In this document: piece by piece, positions 1-12,550 of the stretch
Layout: each line of letters opens with the position of its first letter
Numbering within the stretch: position 1 is the stretch's first letter
DNA from: Octopus sinensis
Lineage: Eukaryota
Assembly (NCBI RefSeq): GCF_006345805.1
Contig: NC_043005.1
Coordinates: 62,248,001-62,312,000, forward strand
Length of the DNA: 64,000 nt
Direction: 5' to 3'
Notes under the pieces: generated by a model
Told to the model about the DNA's origin: nothing
Databases searched by the model: none
Seen by the model: only the letters and a program-made list of their open reading frames with translations
Made by a program: the position numbers and the translations under genes

Positions 1-167
1 CAACATAGACTTTGAATCAAGTAGAATTAAACTATGAACAGAAATACTAAACAGTGTAATTCTTTCTACAGCATCTGAAATTTTGGGGAAGGGGATTAGT
101 TGATCAAATTGACTACAGTACTCAGCTGGTACTTATTTTTATTGAAGCTGACTACAGTGCTCAGCTG

Positions 168-641
168 CAGTTCTATATTTAAGAGATGAGGAAGTATGTA
201 CATTATTTACATTATTTACAATTGACGGATATTTGTCCCCATCTTGTTTGTTGTTAACACGACGTTTCGGCTGATATACCCTCCAGCCTTCATCAGGTGT
301 CTTGGGGAAATTTCGAACCTGGGTTCTCATTCCTAATGTATTTTTCGATGTTGTTGTTGTTGTTGTTGCTGTTGTTATTATTATTCAGGTAACTGCCTGG
401 AATCGAACTCAGAATCTTGGGGTTAGTAGCCCATGCTCTTAACCACCACACCATATGCCCACGGGCATACGGTGTAGTGACCTGAATAATAATAATAATA
501 ATAATAGCAGTGAAAAATACCTTAAGAATGAGAACCCAGGTTTGAAATTTCCCCAAGACACCTGATGAAGGCTGGAAGGTATATCAGCCAAAACGTGTTA
601 ACAACAAACAAGATGAGGACAAATATCTGTTGAATGTAAAT
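168..641. mobile_element. Palindromic tRNA-headed, hammerhead-containing retroelement (Penelope/retrozyme-like) inserted in a SINE
   Basis: Inverted arms ~214-392 and ~477-642 around a centre at 461-462. tRNA-like head at 394-460 (-). A 31-bp flanking duplication (117-147 vs 642-672) has 2 mismatches. Confidence 0.75.
256..301 (-). ncRNA. Minimal type I hammerhead ribozyme
   Basis: Minus strand reads GACAC CUGAUGA A GGCUG gaggguauau CAGCC GAAAC GUC/GUGUU. Conserved core, 5-bp stems I and II, and a loopless palindromic stem III (ACGU) that would need dimerisation. Confidence 0.8.
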
Positions 642-2148
642 AGTGCTCAGCTTGTACTTATTTTTATTGAAGATGAAAGGCAAAATCGACCTCACCAGAA
701 TTTGAACTCAGAATGTAAAGCCAGAAGAAAATGCCATTGAGCATTTTGTTGGGTCTGCTAGTAATTCTGCCTATGCTGCCTTAGAAACACTACACAGTGT
801 GACAGTAATGAAAATTTTCTTAAGAAACATTAATTAGAACTATAGGAGATAAACTAAAACACAAGGAATACAGATCAAAACCTTACAAGAATAACAATAT
901 GAGATCCTCAATACACAATATACAGTTTAATGGATTTCAAGAAAGAGAAACAGAACTGTTTTGGTTTCAGTTATTCTATAATTTTGTTTTTAATGTTTAT
1001 TCATGTTAGCAATCTCCCATCAGTTATGAAAACATGGCATCATGTTATCTTACTCATTTACACTTTAGCCAATTAATTTCCTGAGAAGTGATACCACCTC
1101 AAAGCTTTCTGAACAAAAAAAATCAATACACAAATTTGTTCTTGTACATTATGATAGTTTTGTCCAATAGATTACTTCAAATTAATATAAAATTAGATAA
1201 AGTATTGCCACAATTTTAGAGCTTCACTACTTCACTGATGATACGATTTCACTTTTCTGTGGAAGTGAGAGTAAAAACACTTTTCATAAGTTCAGTGATT
1301 TATAGAAATATGAGACTTAAAGTAACTTAACATAATAAAGCAAAACATTGTTTGCTTGGTTAAGTTGCACGTACTTTAGATCCCCCTTCTGATACATTTA
1401 CTCATCAGTTTTATATTTGATTTTCTATGCTAGCATATGTAAGATCAATATGTATCGATGCATTATTTTACTGCTGGATCCCTTTCTATCACTAAGTATT
1501 ACATATTTTTCAAGTAATTGAATTTTCATTCTATTTATCTTTGAAAGAGCAAAGTTATGGTATAATTTTATTAGCAGAGAATATCTACAAATGTTACTGT
1601 TTTAAGATTCAACATTTTCATGCAAGGGTGTGGAACGTAAACATTCATATAGGCAAACACATACACACACACGTGCATGCACAAACATACATACACTTGT
1701 ACATACACACACGCACACAAACATACACACACACACACTACGAGCTTCTATACAGTTTCTGTCTACCAATTCCACTCAGCCTTAAGTTTCAGTAGAAGAT
1801 ACCAAAGGTACCACACAGTGTGACATAACTGCCTATACCTCAAATATTGTATATAAATAATAAATTGATACAAAGAATAAACGGTGCCATTTCAACTATA
1901 CCTGTCCTATGTATATAGATAAATGATAATAAAATTAAATAGGTCTGACATGTTAATTTAATGAACCTGAAGATTTCAAAGTTACCTTAATTGCAAAAAA
2001 TTTCATTCTGTGACTTACTAGCTTAAACATTTCTTTTCGTATTTTAGTAGTTCATTACAAATTAGTATAATGTGTACACAAAATTATACCATGTATGACT
2101 GAGTAAACATATGAAAAAAGCAACTAGCTGGGCATACTTTAAAAAATA

Positions 2149-3417
2149 TCAGGCTGAGTAAAAAGTAAGTAATGTTTTGAAACATGAAATTCATCAGAAT
2201 ATATTTCAACAAAGCAGAAATTTTATTTATTGTATTTATCAAAGTAAGTACCATTACAATCAACAAATTTTTGCCAATGAGTTAAAAGTTTGTTTATTCC
2301 GGTAATATAAAAATCAGGAGTTCTGGAGCTGATGAACTCTTTGAATGCACTTTCAGCATCTGTTTGAGTTTTGAAATCCTTCTCTCACAGAAAACCATCA
2401 AGATGTTTGAAAAAGTGGTAGTTGGTAGGAGAAAGGTCTGAGGAATAAGCTGGAGGGGGAAGAACTTTGTAGCCAAGTTCCCTCAATGTTTGGAGCGCCA
2501 TTAGTGAAATGTGTGGTTGAGCACTGTCATGAAGAATGAATGGCTCTCTTCTGTCGACCAGTCTGAGAGGGAGGAGTAGCAGTTTTTTGTTCATTTTGGC
2601 AATTTCATGGCAATATGCTTCTGCAGTAATGGTTTTACTGGGTTTTAAGAAATTATAGTGGATGAGTCCAGCAGTACACCACCAAACAGTCATCATAATC
2701 TTCTTTTTGAAGAGCTTGGATTCAGGGAAGGTTTTCGGTGCTTCATTTTGGCCCAGCCACTGTGAAGAACGTTTTTTTATTATTGTACAGAATCCACTTT
2801 TCATTGCAAGTTACAATATGGTCAAGAAATGGATTGGTCTGGTTACTGAGAAGAAGCAACAAGCAAATTTCATATCTGTGCATTTTCTGATTTTCATTCA
2901 AATCATGTGGTACACATTTGTCAAGCTTTTTTGATTTTCTGATCACATGGTTGCAGGCAGTTTTCTGGCTAACTTGAAATTCTTTTGACAGTTCTTGAGT
3001 GGTTTTACATGGATCATTCTCAATGACATCATAGATGACAGTTGGGTGTCCACTAGACTCACCATCAAAGCTCAGGTCTCCACTGTAAAAACATTGAAAC
3101 CATTTTCGAGCTGACCACTCATTGGTAATTTTTCCACCAAATGTTTCATTGATATTGCGAGCAGGTTCAGCTGTTTTACATCCTTTTTTGAAGTTGAATA
3201 GCAAAATTGCTCGAATATCGTACTTTGACAGTTCCATTTCAGATGATTGTAACAACAGCAAAACAATATCAATGTTAATTTATTAATGCATTTGAGCAAG
3301 TCTATGTCTGTATTATCAGACAATTGCAAAAATATGTTTTTAAAAAAGTCAAAACTGCAAAAATCAGATACAAATTCTTCCTGGTTTAAAACATTGCTTA
3401 CTTTTTACTCAACCTGA
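2149..3417 (-). mobile_element. Full-length decayed mariner transposon (~1.27 kb)
   Basis: ~35-bp TIRs (2149-2183 tcaggctgagtaaaaagtaagtaatgttttgaaac; 3384-3417) flanked by TA on both sides. Confidence 0.93.
2250..3240 (-). pseudogene. Frameshifted mariner transposase
   Basis: ORFs 2743-3261 and 2385-2804 carry an HTH region and decayed motifs: CVPHDL (WVPHEL), IVTCNEKWILY, HDSAQPH, YSSDLSPTNYHFF (YSPDLAPSD). Confidence 0.92.
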
Positions 3418-3519
3418 TATTAACAGTGCAGTTCCACATTCAGCAAAGTCACTCTATCATCAATATGGTATCATAGTTCAATTAAGTCTGTAGCATAATG
3501 TATTTCTACATGTCCAAGA

Positions 3520-3690
3520 GGCTCAGTGTTTTCATGTTTGGAGTAGGACCATTTCCTAGAAGGGGTTAGTAATTTATCTGCTTTCCTACTTTGGCTTTTG
3601 CTAAATTAACTCTAAGGCCCTTTGATTTCAGACTTGCTTCCACTCCTGAACTTTCTTTGACAGAGTGAGTCTTAACTGAATATCATATAT
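3520..3690 (-). mobile_element. RTE-clade LINE RT fragment
   Basis: Decayed translation resembling WK..L.SKGLRVNLAK.K. Confidence 0.55.
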
Positions 3691-4319
3691 ATGCTTTCAC
3701 TTTGAGTGAATTATACTACATAATATTCATGATACTACTGAAATGTATTTCCTGGGCTAAAGGGTTAGGGGCTTATAATGTCTGTCAGTGAAATTTTGAA
3801 AGACCTTCAAGATCCAGTGAATTAGGTGTTGGACTCTTTAGATTTGTCTTCAAATTGTTAATGTTCATATTTGAATTTAATGAATTACAAAACTGCTTCA
3901 AAAATAAGTTCTAATTCTAAACTCAGTATTTTTTAAATATTCTTAAAGATAAATATGTTTAATGTTTCATAGTTATTTTGTTTCTTTCATATTATTTATG
4001 TCAATTGTTTGCATCACAAATTGAAAAGGAAAATAAGAATCACATTATTTTGTTCATAATTATTTGAAAACTGAGATATTTTAAGAAGATATCAATGTAT
4101 ATTGTATTTTGTGTAAGATTTTTATTTTCAAAATAAATAGACAATACTATGAATTCTATCACAGAAAGTTACAATAATAAAACTGAAATTACACAATATC
4201 TTATCTTACTTTACATAAATAAAAAATTATGGTGACAGTCATTAAATAAATGGTGTATGAAGTTAAAAGTCAATCAAAAGTTTAAAGCATCTTTTGACAA
4301 AATTTCTAATGTTAGATGG

Positions 4320-4362
<43 letters not shown>

Positions 4363-4701
4363 TAAGTAATAGTCAACCTATATTTTTCTTACTTGTGCGT
4401 GTATGTCTAAATTATAGTATTTTGCTTTGAAGAAATGTAAGTAAATATTGGAAACAATAAAATTGTAATAAGAATGGAGCTAAAAAATATTATAATAGTT
4501 AAACTGAACACCTGGCATTCTGGCTATAATGATTTTATCCAGTCAATGTATCTTCATTCATGTACAACTTCAGAGCTATTAAGTTAAAGAAATTTTTTGA
4601 AATAATGTTTATCAAGGTTAGCTGAAGTACTGATTGCTTGATTGTTAGACAATGCAGCAGGAGAAATATAGAACGGTAGGCAGCTGAATGAATTCTTTTA
4701 A

Positions 4702-4908
4702 CCCTTTAGCGTCCAGATTACTCTGTTAAATATAATGTGTTTTTATTTAAATTGTTTTGAATTAATCATGCATTATCTTATAAATCTGAGGTTTTGATGA
4801 CATGATTGTTTATTTTTAGAATAACATTGTAGAGTAGTAGTGAAAGGCTAGATATGACCAGTTTGAACATAAAATATGTAGAATATTTGGGTTGAATATG
4901 GGCCTAAG
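4702..4908. mobile_element. piggyBac-like MITE (family shared with 25226-25446 and ~57590-57802)
   Basis: Starts ttaa|ccctttagc; internal sequence is the reverse complement of the 25.3 kb copy. Confidence 0.6.
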
Positions 4909-5089
4909 AACATGATAGACAAAGTACACATGATAGATAGACCCTGTCAAATACTCAAGAGATTCCCTAGATGTAGTAGATAGTTTTTGGTAACTAGATG
5001 ACCTAATTAGCTATAGAGGAGGATGTTCTGAAAGTATAATTGCTAGAAGAAAAATAGGATGGAAAAGGTTCAGTGAGTTATTATCTATC

Positions 5090-5630
5090 TTGGTAACAAA
5101 AGGTCTCTACTTTAGAGTGAAGGGCAGACTGTACATTGTTTGTGAATGAATAGCAACATTACATAGTTGTGAGATGTGAGTCCTGGATGTAAAGGACATG
5201 AGACAACTAAAAAGGAATGAAGCTAGTATGATCCGATGGATGTATAATATCAGCATGTATGTAAAACAAAGTGCAATTGTATTGAGAGAAATATTAGACA
5301 AAAATGGTATTCGATGTATAGTGCAAAATAGCTGTGTTGGTACGGTCGTATGATGTGAATGGATGACAACAACTACATAAAGAAGAACTTCTCACTTAAA
5401 GTGGATGGCACTTGTAGGAGAGGAGGGACCCAGGAAGACATGGGAAAATTAGTGAAGGATGATTTCAAGATTTTATGCCCCATCCTGGAGATGATAAAGG
5501 ACTGAGATGATTGGTGTTTCACAGCTCAGTAAAACCAGATCATCACAGTGTTAGATTTATGACTGATGTCCTCCAGTTCATTGGCTCCAGCAAAACTGTC
5601 CAGCCCATGCCAGCATGGAAATCAGACAGT
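5090..5630 (+). mobile_element. RTE-clade LINE 3' fragment
   Basis: Decayed W(Y)G..M.M...V.G...RG.PRKTW motif followed by the catgccagcatggaaa tail. Confidence 0.7.
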
Positions 5631-5651
5631 TGGTCTCTCTCCCTCTCAATG

Positions 5652-5709
<58 letters not shown>

Positions 5710-6746
5710 GAGAGAAAGAGATACACATAATATTTAATAAAATATGATTTTATGAATTACTAATATGATTTTAGTAATTCTGAAAGAAGTTGACATTTTC
5801 TTTATGCCCGCACATGCTGGGCCTTGCCTTGCACACTCTGCCAAGCATTTTCCATTTTTCATCCTCTGAACATCCATCCTTCATCCTCATTATCGGCTCT
5901 TCAGTGATCACCCCTTTTCTGTGTGTCCATACATCTACCATTGTTTTTCATTCACCTTCACCCATCTTTTACTCTCCTCTCACACCCTTATCAAATTTAT
6001 TCAACCCCTCCTCTCCACCCGGATCCACTGTCCATATTCTCTCTTAAACTTTCTTTGTTGTTCTTTGAAAGTTTGCTCTGTCACCTTGTCATCACCATCT
6101 TTATCTCCTTTCCAGCTGCTCCCACCCACCCTTATGTAATACAGGGTAGCCATATACCTTCTCTGTAGCAAGATATCTATGTTTGTCCCTCTGTCATACA
6201 TTAACCTCTCAACAGCTGGCATAAAGCCCCTTCCCTTTCTCTCAAACACATCCCCACTCAGTCGAAGGGACTTTTTCTTTTCTGGTCTTAGAAGTTACTT
6301 AGTGACCTCACTAGTGCTGGTGCATGAAAAAAAACACCCAGTACACACTGTAAAGTGTTTTGTTGCAGGAAGGGTATCCAGTCACAGAAACTAGGCCAAA
6401 GCTGACATTGTAGCTTAAATCCTGAAATTCATCATCTCAAGCCATCCAATCCTTGCCAGCATGGAAAATGGACATTAAATGATGTTTGTGTATTTGCATT
6501 TTTTCCTGAATTGCATTCTATTTCACTCTCTTATTTAAATTATTTCTGATTTTTTTTTTATGAACCATGTTTTAGGAGACAGTTTTAGCAAACAAAATAA
6601 TACTTATTCATTGTTTATCTCTCATCTTGTATAATTGTGCTTCTTTTGCATCATAAAGCTGACAACCAAATAAATAAGATTTATTTAGACATTTTCTCTC
6701 TCTCTCTCTCTGATGGCATGTCAAGATAATAAGGAAGAATACATAC

Positions 6747-6832
6747 CAGTAACTGAACAACATCCTTAGGGTCACGGCCCTGTACATTGGTCCCATTTAT
6801 CTCACAGATTTCATCTCCCACATGTACGAGAC
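6747..6832 (-). CDS. MPP7: Next internal exon of MPP7-like gene, second part of PDZ domain
   Basis: Acceptor tttgtag|GT and donor CTG|gtatgt. 86 bp encoding (G)LVHVGDEICEINGTNVQGRDPKDVVQLL, like MPP7 GLIHVGDELREVNG...IIQIL. Its phase-1 start joins the 16784-16865 exon across a 9951-bp intron. Not in the ORF track. Confidence 0.88.
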
Positions 6833-7209
6833 CTACAAATAATAAATATTAATCAAATGAAGTATAATATAATATATACACAATATAATTACACAAGCAT
6901 TAATAATACAACCATTTGGCAGTTGATTCAATTTTATTAATATTGCTGTGTTAGTGGAATGACAGAAATGGTAGACTGCCAGACTAAATGCCATGCAGTA
7001 ATTAGTTTAATCTCTGCACACTCTAAATCAAAATCCTAATGGAGTTACCTTTTCTTTTTCATGCCTTCATGGTTAATAAAATAAGTACTAATCAAATACT
7101 AGACTCAATTAAACCAGTAGCTCTTAAATTTATGGGCTTCTTTCATTATATAGAAGTTATAACTATTAGCAATATTATCAACGAAAAGGTGATGGACTAA
7201 CATAAAGTC

Positions 7210-7530
7210 AACATTCTGTCAGTTATGACGGCAAGGATTCCAATTGATCCAATCAATGGAAGAACCTGCTAGTGAAATTAACCTGCAAGTGGCTAAGCAC
7301 TACACAGACATCTCTACTCTTAATGTAGCACTCAGGGAGATTCAGCATGACAGTGTGATAAGACTGGCCCATTGAATTACAGGTACAACTCAATTTTGCT
7401 AGCTGAGTGGACTAGAGCAATGTGAAATAAAGTGTCTTGCTCAAGGACACAATGTGCCACTGGGAAACGAACTTACGACCTTATAATTGTGAGCCAATTA
7501 CCCTAACCACTTAGCCACATGCATTCATAA
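7210..7530 (-). mobile_element. tRNA-derived SINE with conserved central domain
   Basis: Minus-strand head gtggctaagtggttagggta...gttcgtttccc followed by ccttgagcaagacactttatttcac. A related copy lies at ~50430-50680. Confidence 0.7.
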
Positions 7531-8634
7531 GATAAACAGTAGAGTAACAGACATAGCATAACTAGTTGAATAACAGACAAAATGCCAGGTGGTTTTTAGT
7601 TGTATTCCTTTATGTTCTGAGTTCAAACTACATTGGAGTAGGTTTAGCTTTCGTTTTTCCAGAGTTGATAAAATCAGTACTAGTAGTCAACTACACATAT
7701 TTTTCAACTTTGAGGCATTGCACCTATATTAGAAATCTATTAACAATGAAGAGCAGGAAATTTTTGTCTGCATAGTGGTTTTGATGAAGGCGGCAGTGTG
7801 GAAAGCCTGAAACTTAAAGTGCTGTGAATGTATCTTTTATTGTTCAGCAAATTCTTTACCAAATTCTTTATGAAGAAAGTGAGGATGGACAGAAAAGTAA
7901 AACCTGACAGAAAAATATTAAAGTATTTGTATAAGCTTACAACACCATATTCAACATCTCTACAACTCCCCATTTCATAAACTCTAATGGATTTTCATAT
8001 TGACTATGTATTTAAAATATAAGAAACACTGCATAGCAAATTCTGAATATCCCTTTCAGGGCCTAAAATTAGTTCAACCATGAACATTTCTGATAATCTG
8101 CAAGGAACAAGAATATTCCACATTAGAATATTTCTTATATATCTTCAGTTACCCATCTACTACACAAAGGAGCATTCATGGCAAATGGTTAAGCAACTGA
8201 TTTACTAACTTATATGAACCAATCTTCTACCATCAGTGGTTTACTAACATACTATGTCTTAACTTTTATTGTTATTACATTAGTTTCTATAACTATGAAT
8301 TTGCACTCTGTTACTAATTCTAAATATAATTGTATGTGAAATTAATCTCGTCATCTTTATCTTTCCTTCAATAGCTATTGAAAACATGATGTAGGCACTG
8401 CTATGTGGTTTAAGTGGCTCACTTGATACCAGGTGCAATCTTACTTCTGGACACTGTTTATTGCCTTGTGTAGCCTACAGATGATATTGGGAAGAAAAAG
8501 ATGTACAGAAATCCATAAAGTGTCAGTCTGCTTGCCTACTACATATCTACTTAGCTACTTATTTGTCTGTCTATATTCATGCATACATACAAACGTACAT
8601 ACATACACAGTCCAAAGAAATAGGAAATTAAAGT

Positions 8635-9060
8635 ATGGTAGAAGCCATAGCCACTCATAATAAAAAGGAATACTGGTGGAATGTCCTTGAGAAGAGCTCA
8701 ATAAAATGTAAATATAATAGACCTGACATAGTAATTTGGTATAAAGAAGAGAAACTGCATAGCTGGTGGAAATCAGCTGTTCAGCAGATGTTAACATAAA
8801 GCTAAAGAGAGCAAAAAACAAAATACCTATGCTGGACTATTGAAGAAACTACAGCTACTCTATTCAGATTACAAGTTCAGGTTTTTATCTATAATTAATG
8901 GGGCAATGTGATATCCAACATACTGCCTAAATACCAATCTAGAGAAATTAGGCCTCTCAAAACCAGAAAGGAGAAAGCTGATTCAAAGACTACAGATTCA
9001 AGCCATCACTGGAACAGTAAAAATCTGTAAAACTTTCCAGAAGTATATCATTTAAGTAGA
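8635..9060 (+). mobile_element. R4/Dong-clade non-LTR retrotransposon 3' fragment (restriction-like endonuclease)
   Basis: EYWWNV...KC.YNRPDIVIW...EISC.ADVNI.LK ... QIQAITGTVKICKTF. Homologous to 63827-64000. Confidence 0.75.
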
Positions 9061-10069
9061 TATGAGCATGTCTAGACATGTAACTATATGCATGAGAATA
9101 CATACATAAAACAAAACATACAAACCTGCACATATATATATGTACACACATACAAAAATATCCTGTTGATGTTGAAACTGCAATGAAGAGGTTTGAAACC
9201 AGCTTTTTCTTTGATGGTACGAAATCTTGAAATGAAATTGAATAATGACTGACTGACATATGTACATACATGCACGTACATATGTACATACATACATATA
9301 CACACTGCAAAATCATGAGTGATATCTCAGGTGCTTTAATACTAAATTACAGTATGAATGTTCAGGAGTACTTTTTTTGCATTTGTGAAACTTTTAGGAA
9401 TACAAATTCGACTCAAACTGTTTAATGAAAATGTTCCTCCTCTATGACATCTGCTGAGTGTTCTTTTCTTTTGTTTTACACCTCTATGTATGTATGTGTA
9501 TGTTTCACCTACTTATGTCAATGTATGCTATAAATATCATCATCATCATTTTTAATGTCCACTTTTCCATGCTTGCATGGTTCAGATAGAATTCACTGAA
9601 GTAGATCTTACATGGCCAGATGCTCAGTCTGTCACCAACACTCACCTAATGCTAAGACAAGGAGTCACAAAAACACACATAAGCACACACAGACACACAC
9701 ATATACATGCACATGCTTACACATACACACACACGACAGGTTTTTTTCCAGTTTCCATCTACCAAATCCACTCACAAGTCTTTGATCGACCTGGGGCTAT
9801 AATAAAAGACATGCTCAAGGTGACATTCAGTGGGACTATGCAGTTGGGAAGCAAACTACTTAACCACAGAGTAAGCATTGGTGAGTAAAAAATGGAAAAA
9901 AAATTTTTTTAATGAATGAAGTTCTTTGCATTGGGTTAATCAATACCTTGTTACTCTCTCCAATGGAAATGCAGTGAATTTTTGACTTGTTTGTTGGAAA
10001 TGTGCAACCAAAGATGTCATCATTCCCAAATGTATGATATTAAAATATAAACTAATGATCCTTAATCTG

Positions 10070-10950
10070 CCAGCTCTGATTTGAACATAAGCCAAAATTC
10101 TTGTTAACAAAATGTCCAAAGACAACCCAAATGAAATTGTAAGTATGATGATTAGCCTGAAGTTAAGAGAGCTGCTGCCCTCAGAGTGAAAGACAGATTG
10201 TAGGACGTCTGTGTATGAACAGCTATGCTACATGACAGTGAGATATGAACTGTGACTACTGAGGACATGGATGAATAATGTCAGTATGCATATACAACAG
10301 AAAGTAAGTGATATGAGAGAAAAACTGGGTATACAAGGCATCAGTACAAGAGAGAAGACTGCACTGGTATGGTCATGTGATATATATGAATAAGGACAGC
10401 TGCATCAAGAAGTGCTGATCTCTAATTGTTGAGGAAATTGGTGGAAGGGGTAGATCCAGGAAGATGTGGAACAAAGTGGTGAGAAAGGATCTTCAAACAT
10501 TGGGCCTCACAGAGGAGATGACAAAGGATCAAGACTTTGGCAGTTCACTGCTCCTGAGAAGATATATCGAGCTAAGTAAAATCATGGCCATTCATGCATA
10601 CAGGCATGTCCTCTACATTGAAAGGTTCTAGTCTCGTGGGCTCGTGGGTGCTAACCATGTTGGTGCCACATCAAAGTTCCCGTATCAGTACTGTGTAAAA
10701 GTACCCATAACATGCCATGTACAAGCACCCATGATAGTGCCCAGTAAAAGCATCCAAGTCGTTGTCATGTTAAGAGCACCCATTACACTCTGTAAAGTGG
10801 TTAGCATTAGGAAGGGTATCCAGCCATAGAAAACATGCCAAAACAGACAAATGGAGCCTGAGCAGCTCTCCAGCTGGCCAGCTCCTGTCACACTGTCCTA
10901 CTCATGCCAGCATGGAGAACGGATGTTAAACAATGAGGATGACAATGATA
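10070..10950 (+). mobile_element. RTE LINE 3' region ending in family C tail
   Basis: RRLHWYGHV...DSCIKKC...GRGRSRKMW motif; ends catgccagcatggagaacggatgttaaac. Confidence 0.75.
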
Positions 10951-12159
10951 ACTTTGACCGAATTCTAGGAACATAATATTTTTTTTAAAAATGGGAATTT
11001 TGATTCCTTTATTGAATAAATTCACAAAAGAGGGAAGATAATGAGCATTTAGTCATGTTTTCTGGGGATTTGGAATTAAATTTCAGAAAATAAATCTTTT
11101 GTAATTCAGACAATTTTACTATTGATGCTGGTGCAGTAAGATTCAGTATAGCTTGATGTCTGCTGCCTTATAGAAAACAGTAGGTATCTTATGGACCATA
11201 TGTAGGAATTGTCTTATACATAGATAAATGTGTCTTTAATACTAGCTGAAGTAGGTGTCTTTACATATTTTTGTTTTGAACACATTAAAAATAGCTGTCA
11301 AACCACCCATAAATCACACACTGCTACCTTCTAAGAAAAGGATATATTGAGTAATGGAATTCTTGATATACAAAATGATAGAATGTAGAGTATCAGCTTT
11401 AATTCCTTTGATCATAGATCTGATAGCTTAGGATCGACCTTGAATAAAAATAACAGCATTTAAGTCTAATGGCTACAAACTCAATGTCTGAACTTAAAAG
11501 GACTTTTTTAAAAAAATGAGCAAAGGAACACTATATTAAATTAGACTGATTAGTCTTGCTCAAGTGAGCAACTACTTCTAAAGAAAATAGATATTTTTAG
11601 ATGACCAATGCCATGTTAATGGAATTTAGTATATGAAGAATGTGAAGAAGTATGTTGGGAGTCTAGCACCTATCTATGGGATTGAAATATTTACAGCCCC
11701 TGAATTGGACAACACCACTTAGTACCACGGGTCCTTCTTTCCTTACCTAGGGTATGGAGCCAATGATACAACAATTTAAAATTCAAGAGGCAACAGTTTT
11801 TCAGTATCTTTTCAAAAACCTCGGAGATCTATGAGATGTAAATGCAGATGTGTTCCAAAAAAATTTTTTTTTGAGATACTGGATGAACTCGAATATATGT
11901 GCGTATGTGTGTGTATACATACATATATATATGCATACTTCTATATTATGTACATGTATGTATGTGCTGTAATGTATCATTGATGTTTTGTAAAAATTGT
12001 ATCGTAATGGAGTTGAAGAAGCCTAAATTAGTTTGTACTTATAAGCAGATTGATTGGGAGGTTTTTCATTATAGAAGCAATGCAAGCATAGGTTAAGTAT
12101 GGCTAACTACCAAGCACAAGTAGTTACAAATGCATGAACTGTGATCTCATTTGTATAGA

Positions 12160-12550
12160 AGTGTGTTGATACAGTTTGGCATTGGCTGCTCTGTAAAATA
12201 TAACCATCATCTTGATCATTGACCATCTTATTCTATGAGGCCCAGCATGCTGACATGTGTTCTTCTTCTGCCAGGTGTGTAAACTATTGATGATACACCT
12301 CATGCTGTCCTCCGGCACTTATTGTACATTCATATCACATACAAGTGCAGTTGTCAGTTCTGTAAACTTCAGCTGAGGTCTGTCACATGCAAATTTGCTT
12401 TCTCAGCTTGCTTACACTCTGGTTTTCATGCATGTCAACAATAGATATCAGACAGATCATGCTCAGCTCATTTCTCTCCAACTTCCACAGACTTGCCTAA
12501 TTCAATACTCATGTATTACAAATTTGGCACATGCTACATCCAGCCTACGT
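12160..12550 (-). mobile_element. Decayed RTE LINE fragment
   Basis: Reverse complement resembles the 10.1-10.55 kb RTE C-terminal region. Confidence 0.5.

Larger units (their letters stand above)
76..783 (-). mobile_element. SINE family A copy, interrupted by the 168-641 insertion
   Basis: Matches the many copies carrying ggtacttatttt...gatgaaaggcaaa...gaatttgaactcagaatgtaaag. Confidence 0.8.

Noticed and set aside
394-460. Possible tRNA gene (also 53760-53835)
   Set aside because: No complete acceptor stem, and it continues into a repeat body; these are SINE heads.
557-599. Plus-strand hammerhead copy
   Set aside because: GAAA is mutated to AAAA and the cleavage triplet is deleted; predicted inactive.
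8640-8810. Apparent segmental duplication with 63827-64000
   Set aside because: Both are independent fragments of the same R4/Dong endonuclease region.
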